A stretch of 40,771 nt of DNA from a virus. Lineage: Duplodnaviria; Caudoviricetes. Positions 35,223 through 40,771 of the stretch are shown one piece after another. The stretch lies in the IMG/VR virus record IMGVR_UViG_3300037424_003028, positions 1-40,771 of that record; one strand, given 5' to 3'. Position numbers and translations under genes: made by a program. The notes under the pieces were generated by a model that was not told the origin of the DNA, searched no databases, and was given only the letters and a program-made list of their open reading frames with translations. Within the stretch, counting starts at the first letter, position 1. Each line of letters starts with the position of its first letter.

Positions 35223-36209
35223 TTAGCTATCAGCTTTCAGCCGGGCGATGCCTAAAACCTCCATCACCGCCCGGATGAATTCCGCCGCGACTTGCGGAAC
35301 GATTGCATTGCCGTAACCCCGCAAGAGTCCCACGCGGCCGGGAAACCCAGCAACCAGCGGGAATGAGCCGGATTCAACACGCCGCGCTTTTCCGTCGCGG
35401 CAGGGGATGAGGTTAAATCTTGCCCACTCTGGCTCGATAGCGTGTCCGCCACGCCCCGCGAGTGCCGCATCCCCGCCGACTCCGCATCCTCGGCCCTGGG
35501 AGTCGCCCAGCCCGCCAATTTCGCATCCCACGCTAGACACGCACCGCCGCCCTTGGGGTTGTTCCGATTCCCCGCCCCGCGCGGATGTACATCGTGGACC
35601 TGCGGCGTCGTCCACCCTGCAAGGCTTGCCGCTGATGCCAAAGTTTTGCCCCGGCGACCCTCCATCTGCGATGGCGGGCAGGAAGCTTCTCGATTCGACT
35701 GCGGGGAATTGGCCGGCGTAGGCCACCCAAAACAACCGCTGCCGGATGTGCGGCGCGCCGACGCCCGCAGCGCACAGATCGGCGGCCCCGACGGCATATC
35801 CCATTCCTTCCAGGTCAGCGCGTACTCCAGCGAGCCACTCGCGGCCAGCCTTACTCGCAACCTGTTCCCCAAATGCGATTGCAGGACAGCACTCGGCGAT
35901 GAGCCGCCGGAACTCGGGCCACAGGTGCCGTTTGTCTTTTTCGCCTTCGCGTTTGCCCGCGCACGAGAACGGCTGGCAGGGACACGATCCGGTCCAAACG
36001 GGAAGATCATCTGGCCAGCCGGCAAGCCGCAAGGCGTAGGGCCAACCGCCGATGCCGGCGAAGAAGTGGCTGGTCGCTCCACAGTCGCTTGCTTGCACTT
36101 GCCTGATGTCACGTTGGTCGATCCTTCCTGATGGAATATGCCCATCCTTGGCCAACTCCGCCAGCCACGCCGCCGCACCCGCGTCGAATTCGCTATAGAA
36201 AACCATCAA
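35223..36209 (-). CDS. C5 cytosine DNA methyltransferase (circularly permuted, alpha-like chain)
   Basis: HFFAGIGG (I), GSCPCQPFS (IV), GEQV (VI), PHIRQRLF (VIII) and GYGNAIVP (X). Confidence 0.93.
   Translation of the reverse strand: MMVFYSEFDAGAAAWLAELAKDGHIPSGRIDQRDIRQVQASDCGATSHFFAGIGGWPYALRLAGWPDDLPVWTGSCPCQPFSCAGKREGEKDKRHLWPEFRRLIAECCPAIAFGEQVASKAGREWLAGVRADLEGMGYAVGAADLCAAGVGAPHIRQRLFWVAYAGQFPAVESRSFLPAIADGGSPGQNFGISGKPCRVDDAAGPRCTSARGGESEQPQGRRCVSSVGCEIGGLGDSQGRGCGVGGDAALAGRGGHAIEPEWARFNLIPCRDGKARRVESGSFPLVAGFPGRVGLLRGYGNAIVPQVAAEFIRAVMEVLGIARLKADS
35264..36178 (-). CDS. Overlapping alternate-frame methyltransferase subunit (M.EcoHK31I beta-like)
   Basis: 304-codon open alternate frame with WPTP/WTTP/WATP repeats and LNPAHSRWLLGFP (motif IX-like); start uncertain. 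Confidence 0.75.
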   Translation of the reverse strand: MRRRGWRSWPRMGIFHQEGSTNVTSGKCKQATVERPATSSPASAVGPTPCGLPAGQMIFPFGPDRVPASRSRARANAKAKKTNGTCGPSSGGSSPSAVLQSHLGNRLRVRLAASGSLEYALTWKEWDMPSGPPICALRASARRTSGSGCFGWPTPANSPQSNREASCPPSQMEGRRGKTLASAASLAGWTTPQVHDVHPRGAGNRNNPKGGGACLAWDAKLAGWATPRAEDAESAGMRHSRGVADTLSSQSGQDLTSSPAATEKRGVLNPAHSRWLLGFPAAWDSCGVTAMQSFRKSRRNSSGR

Positions 36210-36442
36210 TCGTCATCATCCACCGCCAGCACCGATCGGCTGCGGGCACCGTGTTCGTTCTTGTTCTTCAGCCGCCGACCCATGATCCGTTTGTGCAACT
36301 TGCGAATGGCCTCCGCTTGCTCGACGCTGTAGCCGTCCACCACCCGCAACAACGACCGCACTAACTCCCGGTCGGCAGGGCACAAGCCGCCCACGTCGCA
36401 CAACGAAGCGACCATGCCATCCAAATCCAACGCCATGCCCAC
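36206..36442 (-). CDS. Hypothetical protein
   Basis: 78 aa with GGAGG RBS and ATGA coupling. Confidence 0.6.
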   Translation of the reverse strand: MGMALDLDGMVASLCDVGGLCPADRELVRSLLRVVDGYSVEQAEAIRKLHKRIMGRRLKNKNEHGARSRSVLAVDDDD

Positions 36443-36444
36443 GT

Positions 36445-37404
36445 TCAGCCTCCCACCGCCGCGGCGGGGGCTACATCCAGGCCCCGTTCGCGGAGCAGCT
36501 TATTGACCGCGCTTTGCCAGACCGACCATGGATTACCCAAGCCCTTAGCCGACAACTTTTCTACGGCCAGCATGATGATCTCCGCACCCAGCGATTCACG
36601 ATGCTCATACTCGGCTATCCGGGTGGCCACCGCCTTGATCGCCGCCTGCTGGTGGTTGTAGTCCGCGCCCGAAAGGTGGCAGGCGTTGGCCAAGCCCATG
36701 CAAAAATGCTGAATGAACATCAACCCGTTGCCCTGGACTCGCCCTAGCAACGAGATGATCTCGTTGACCTGCCGCTCGCGTTGGGCGGGCTTAGACCGAC
36801 CCGGCATCCGGCCCGAACCGGCCCGGTCCTCCATTCGCGATTCAATCGCGCCGGCACCGGTACCGGTTTTAGCTACGTGGAGAGGATTACCGGGTCGGTC
36901 CGGGTTAAGATCTCCGGTATCTGTATTCTTCTCTTTTTTACTATCATGTACTGTCCTGTCCTGTGGTAACGCATTTGCAACGCTAGTCGCGTTATCCTGT
37001 AACGCACTTTGCGTGACACTGTCACGCTTTTTTGCACGATGTTTGTGCTGCCTGCGATTCTGCTTTGCCCGGTCTTTTGCACTCTCGAATAACCACTGCA
37101 AAATATTTGGGAACACCAGCGAACCGCTGGCGGCCCGCACCCAGCCGACCTCTTTCATTTTCTCGCCCAGGCCGGCAATTCCAGCTATTACATCAATCAG
37201 CTTGACCGTTGCCCCGCCAACCTTCACGTCTTTTTCGTTGGGCAGTTTCTTTCCATTCTCCGACGCCCATACCCATACCCGCCAGAGTTTGCCGATGGTT
37301 AAATCGACATTCTGGAGTCCCTCGCACTCACTGGCTATGCGCAGCACGGCCGGGTCTTTATCCAGGTTGTGCCGCATTGCGATCCAATCTCCAGCCACAC
37401 TCAA
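36445..37404 (-). CDS. Phage replication initiator-like protein
   Basis: AGDWIAMR..L..DP.V N-terminus, RQHKHRAKK basic helix, low-complexity linker. Confidence 0.7.
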   Translation of the reverse strand: MSVAGDWIAMRHNLDKDPAVLRIASECEGLQNVDLTIGKLWRVWVWASENGKKLPNEKDVKVGGATVKLIDVIAGIAGLGEKMKEVGWVRAASGSLVFPNILQWLFESAKDRAKQNRRQHKHRAKKRDSVTQSALQDNATSVANALPQDRTVHDSKKEKNTDTGDLNPDRPGNPLHVAKTGTGAGAIESRMEDRAGSGRMPGRSKPAQRERQVNEIISLLGRVQGNGLMFIQHFCMGLANACHLSGADYNHQQAAIKAVATRIAEYEHRESLGAEIIMLAVEKLSAKGLGNPWSVWQSAVNKLLRERGLDVAPAAAVGG

Positions 37405-37437
37405 CTTCCTTTTTTGCTTTTCAGCTATTAGCCAAAC

Positions 37438-38247
37438 TCACGGCTTGCCGCAGTAGACCTGCTTGAGCCCGGTATCGCTCTTGATGTTTTCGCGGATCGC
37501 CGCGTCCGTATTCTGCATCACCCGGGCCAGCTCGCCGGCCAGCGGAATCAATACGAACTTCGGCCCACCTTCGGCCAGCAGATCGCACGCCACCGCGCAC
37601 TTGACCTTGTGCCGGTACTTGTCCTCTTTCGTACCATCGCCCACCAAGTCGCGGTAGGCGTAGACGGTAAACTCAATTTCGTTAGGGACAGGCTTGCCGT
37701 CGGCGAGAATCTCATTAACCACCTTGGCGTCCAGGCGGCTCATTCCTGTGCGCACGCCGGAATCCACTGTCTTGTTCGCCGTGCTCTTGACGGCCTTGAA
37801 CAAGTATACTGTGGTCGCCTCGATGCAACCGTTGAAGGTGATGCGGAGTAGCTCGACGAACTGGGTTTGCGTCCATGCCTGCCGCTCAGCTTCGGCGTCT
37901 TGCAGCGCCTTCATTGCCGTGCTAAATGGTAAATTCAGCATGATTCGCTCCCGACGGTCGGCGTCATCGTCGAGAATTGCGGTAGTCTTGCCGTTTCCGC
38001 AGAACACCGTCGTTTTTTCCGTCTTTCGGGCGGCAACCTCCAAACAGAAGTCCTTCAGACTGAATAGATAGTCCGCCCGCGGATTGCGCAGGGCATCGAC
38101 CACCTTGAATTTCTCGCCATCGAACAGGCCGTACCGGTGTGACGGCTCTGCTGGGAGCTGGATTACACAAGGCGTGATAGCCCGAGTGGCGAGGTTACAG
38201 ACCGATTCAAAAAGTTCCTTCAGCATGTTTGCTTCTCCTGTCATCAA
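37438..38247 (-). CDS. YfdQ/DUF2303-like phage protein
   Basis: WTQTQFVELLRI and VPNEIEFTV..Y pattern; paired with the upstream small gene. Confidence 0.55.
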   Translation of the reverse strand: MMTGEANMLKELFESVCNLATRAITPCVIQLPAEPSHRYGLFDGEKFKVVDALRNPRADYLFSLKDFCLEVAARKTEKTTVFCGNGKTTAILDDDADRRERIMLNLPFSTAMKALQDAEAERQAWTQTQFVELLRITFNGCIEATTVYLFKAVKSTANKTVDSGVRTGMSRLDAKVVNEILADGKPVPNEIEFTVYAYRDLVGDGTKEDKYRHKVKCAVACDLLAEGGPKFVLIPLAGELARVMQNTDAAIRENIKSDTGLKQVYCGKP

Positions 38248-38343
38248 TGAGTACTTCTATGCCATCCTGGCCATATTTCTGCGTCGCACACGCAACACAA
38301 AAGAATTCGATTGGTCGGTCGTGTCGGTAAGCCGACTGTTCGG

Positions 38344-38871
38344 CTACTTTCCTCCTCCGACCATGCGGATCGGCTTGGGCAATACCTCGCCGGTGTCTTC
38401 GTCAACCTCGCCGTCCTTGTCGTTAGTTTTTCCGGCTTCCTGCGTCTGCATTATTTTGTTCCAGTGCGTACTGCCCAGCCGCCTACCCAGCCGGGTCAAT
38501 TCATCAACCCCGCCGTCCTTTAGGTCGGAAAAGCCCATTTGGTCGGGGTTGTCTGGACTGTCGCTGGCAAACAACAGCCTGGGCGACTCTTCGCCCGTCT
38601 CTCCAACGAAACGTAGCAGCGACTTCCCCTCTTGGCCGGGCAACTTGGTGGCAGTCTTGTATGTAAATTCGGTGTCCTCCACCTTCCCGGTGCTCAGATT
38701 TGGCTGCGGCTTAAACTCCATCACTAAGGTCAGTATCCGCTTGCGGTCATCCCCCTGTCGCCGCCCAATGTCCACGCGAATCTTTTCCAACTCGATGTTT
38801 ACAGCTTTACATACGCCCCCTTTTTGAACCCGTGCAAGTGTCTCGAATGTCAAGTCGTTTGGAGTGAGCAT
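38344..38871 (-). CDS. YfdP-like phage protein carrying an inserted duplicated segment
   Basis: GGV..AVNIELEKI..DI..R..D..KRILTLVMEFKP and VDEDTGEV motifs. Confidence 0.6.
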   Translation of the reverse strand: MLTPNDLTFETLARVQKGGVCKAVNIELEKIRVDIGRRQGDDRKRILTLVMEFKPQPNLSTGKVEDTEFTYKTATKLPGQEGKSLLRFVGETGEESPRLLFASDSPDNPDQMGFSDLKDGGVDELTRLGRRLGSTHWNKIMQTQEAGKTNDKDGEVDEDTGEVLPKPIRMVGGGK

Positions 38872-39046
38872 TGCATCCCTTTCGTTTATTGGTTTTCTTT
38901 CGTCCGTTCAACATGATCCGCAGATCGTCGTTAGTTTTTCCGGCTTCCTGCAGCCGTATTATTTTGTCCCAGTGCGTACCGCACAGCCGCCTGCCCAGCC
39001 AGGTCAATTCGCTCACACCCCTACATCCCGGCCAGCAGCAGGTCAT
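38807..39046 (-). CDS. Small zinc-finger-like protein
   Basis: CCWPGC...LCGTHW. Confidence 0.6.
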   Translation of the reverse strand: MTCCWPGCRGVSELTWLGRRLCGTHWDKIIRLQEAGKTNDDLRIMLNGRKKTNKRKGCNAHSKRLDIRDTCTGSKRGRM

Positions 39047-39068
39047 TGAAGCTCTCAGCTTTCAGCTA

Positions 39069-39266
39069 TCAGCTATCAGCGGTCAGCCGTTTGAATATCC
39101 CGCCCAGCTTCGCGGCCGTGGCCGCTACGACGCGACCGGCATCCATCACCCGATCCACGGCCGTGAAGATGCGCCAGGCCAGCACGGTGCCCAGCTCGAT
39201 GCGGTCGTGGGCCAAGTCTTCTTCGTCGTCGGCCTCTAAAATGGAAAGTTCGATTCTCTCGGACAT
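39069..39266 (-). CDS. Hypothetical protein
   Basis: 65 aa with GGAGG RBS; stop lies within a heptamer array. Confidence 0.6.
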   Translation of the reverse strand: MSERIELSILEADDEEDLAHDRIELGTVLAWRIFTAVDRVMDAGRVVAATAAKLGGIFKRLTADS

Positions 39267-39551
39267 GGCGACCTCCGTGTCGTTAAGAAGCTGTAAGCTT
39301 TAAGCCCTCAGCTATCAGTCGGACAATTAGATCCCTGCAAACTGGCGACATCTTTCTCTGCCCACACCCTCGATCGTTGTGAGGATGCGATCCTCGGACC
39401 TATTGCCGTGCGACAGGTGTCCCCACCGCACGGCGTTCCCAGTGTTTCAGACCGGCGTAACCAGCCTTGGCTGATGGGGCAGCCGGGTGCATTGTCTCAC
39501 GCGCTGCTGGAGCCGATCACCACAGAGACGCGGAGGCACAGAGAATTCAAC

Positions 39552-39767
39552 TCACGACGCGATCAGCTCGAACCACATCTCGTGGTCCCAGATTCCCAGC
39601 CGGTTAGATTGATCCAGGACCGGATAGATCACTCGCCCGCCCAGCTCGACGCGATCGGCGATTCCATCAGCTATGCGTTCGCGGAGAAACATGTCGGCCT
39701 CGACAAACACCGCTCCGCACCGAACCGGCAGGGGCAGGGATAAAAAAACTTCGGCTGTCTCGGGCAT
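39552..39767 (-). CDS. Hypothetical protein
   Basis: 71 aa with GGAG RBS. Confidence 0.6.
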   Translation of the reverse strand: MPETAEVFLSLPLPVRCGAVFVEADMFLRERIADGIADRVELGGRVIYPVLDQSNRLGIWDHEMWFELIAS

Positions 39768-39847
39768 GGTCGTATCTCCAAAATAAGTTATTGGCTAAGC
39801 GAGGCGGCCCGAGCGTCGCGTATCCCTCACCACCCGGGCCGCCGGTG

Positions 39848-40039
39848 TTAGCGAAGAATTTTACACTTGGTCAACGCGGCCAGCGGCGACACATCCACCA
39901 CCTGCGTGTCGGACAGGTAGAGCTCGGTCAGGTTGGTCAACGCGGCCAGCGGCGACACATCCACCACCTGCGTGGCGGACAGGTCGAGCGTGGTGGTTTC
40001 AGGTCCGCAGCCAGCTATTAGTTTCTCAAAATCTTTCAT
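39848..40039 (-). CDS. Mini leucine-rich-repeat protein (63 aa, two 22-aa internalin-type repeats)
   Basis: AAAGGGAG RBS before MKDFEK; LT.L.LS.TQVVDVSPLAALT twice. Confidence 0.8.
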   Translation of the reverse strand: MKDFEKLIAGCGPETTTLDLSATQVVDVSPLAALTNLTELYLSDTQVVDVSPLAALTKCKILR

Positions 40040-40124
40040 CGTCGCTCCCTTTCTTCTCTGTGCCTTCGTGCCTCTGTGGTGAATTTCCATTATCCTCATT
40101 AGATAGGCTGGCCTCAGCCCATCT

Positions 40125-40502
40125 CTATGCACCCATCTCCTGCAGCCGCAATGTCGCCGCTCGATGGTCGCGGAGTACCAGTTTGTCTGACTTAGCCAGC
40201 CTCGCCGCTTGCCGGGCAACCTGAACGTTCACAAAAAAACCATCTAGCCACTCTCGCGTGGTGTGGATGCGCTTGCCGACAAGGACATGCCTCAGAAACA
40301 CCCGCTGGTTCCGAACCTTCAGACCTTCGGTGGCCCAACGGCTGATGGTCGAAACGTGAGGATTGCCGGGCACGATGACCGCCGCCTGCTGCAACGAAAT
40401 GTACTTACTCATATCCGCGTCGGCCGGTGCCGGCGAGGCGCGATCGTATTGATCGTGGTTGCAGTCAAGCTCGGAAACTGCGTGTCTCATACGATCCTCC
40501 AT
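40125..40502 (-). CDS. DUF1580-type HTH protein (excisionase/Cox-like)
   Basis: ISLQQAA...PHVSTISRWATEGL...L.HVLVGKRIHTTREWLDGF. Confidence 0.8.
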   Translation of the reverse strand: MEDRMRHAVSELDCNHDQYDRASPAPADADMSKYISLQQAAVIVPGNPHVSTISRWATEGLKVRNQRVFLRHVLVGKRIHTTREWLDGFFVNVQVARQAARLAKSDKLVLRDHRAATLRLQEMGA

Positions 40503-40771
40503 GATCCCTTCAAAGCTCTTAGCACTGAGCTATAAGCCGGACCTTCGCACTCATCACACTTGCCGGGGCGGGGTGGTGTCGCGGGACCGCACCCATACGC
40601 CCCGGCTGCGTCGCGGATTCGGCGACGAATTTTACACTTGGTCAACGCGGCCAGCGGCGACACATCCACCACCTGTGTGCCGGACAGGCAGAGCGTGGTC
40701 AGGTTGGTCAACGCGGCCAGCGGCGACACATCCACCACCTGTGTGCCGGACAGGGCGAGCGTGGTCAGGTT
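40487..40771 (-). CDS. Leucine-rich-repeat protein, 5' end outside the window
   Basis: At least two 66-bp LRR units, frame open to the window edge. Confidence 0.75.
   Translation of the reverse strand, partial: NLTTLALSGTQVVDVSPLAALTNLTTLCLSGTQVVDVSPLAALTKCKIRRRIRDAAGAYGCGPATPPRPGKCDECEGPAYSSVLRALKGSWRIV

Larger units (their letters stand above)
1..40771 (-). mobile_element. Temperate lambda-like siphophage/prophage region, probably of a Planctomycetota host
   Basis: Co-oriented integrase, terminase, portal, S49 protease, capsid, tail, tape measure and replication genes; no obvious host housekeeping genes. Confidence 0.95.

Noticed and set aside
38419-39010. DGR template/variable repeat pair
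   Set aside because: The nine mismatches involve all base types in both directions, both copies are coding, and there is no RT in the window
40040-40219. 123-aa version of the first LRR ORF
   Set aside because: The extension overlaps the DUF1580 gene and translates a repeat element; a good RBS precedes the ATG at 40039
39848-40771. CRISPR array (36-nt constant block plus ~30-nt intervals)
   Set aside because: The intervals are near-identical to each other and the whole unit encodes in-frame LRRs; no cas genes
1-40771. Genome-wide TAG recoding (code 15)
   Set aside because: Core genes are uninterrupted in code 11 and many end normally at TAG (int, tape measure, decoration, ASCH); no suppressor tRNA seen

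Overview
A near-complete temperate siphovirus-type phage (lambda-like packaging and head module), almost entirely on the minus strand. The DUF1580-type HTH, the integrase style and the short intergenic repeats suggest a Planctomycetota host (inference). Right to left: an early/replication region (two LRR mini-genes, DUF1580 HTH, YfdP/YfdQ-like pair, replication initiator, C5 DNA methyltransferase with an overlapping alternate-frame ORF, DUF1064 nuclease); a possible cos site; terS/terL; a ~6.5 kb accessory block (ParB, ABC-ATPase/GNAT fusion, a promoter-led cassette, ASCH); portal, S49 protease/scaffold, decoration and capsid; tail genes with a -1 frameshift chaperone; fibre/RBP genes; a membrane/lipoprotein lysis-like cluster with no recognisable endolysin; an attP-like tRNA-Val(TAC) 3' fragment; and a tyrosine integrase. 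Most notable: LRR repeats that vary almost only at codon positions 1-2 of three exposed residues, a promoter facing the integrase across the att core, heptamer and octamer repeats at gene junctions, and two in-frame TAG-ACY-ATC-C read-through candidates. All family calls are by motif recognition; no searches were run.
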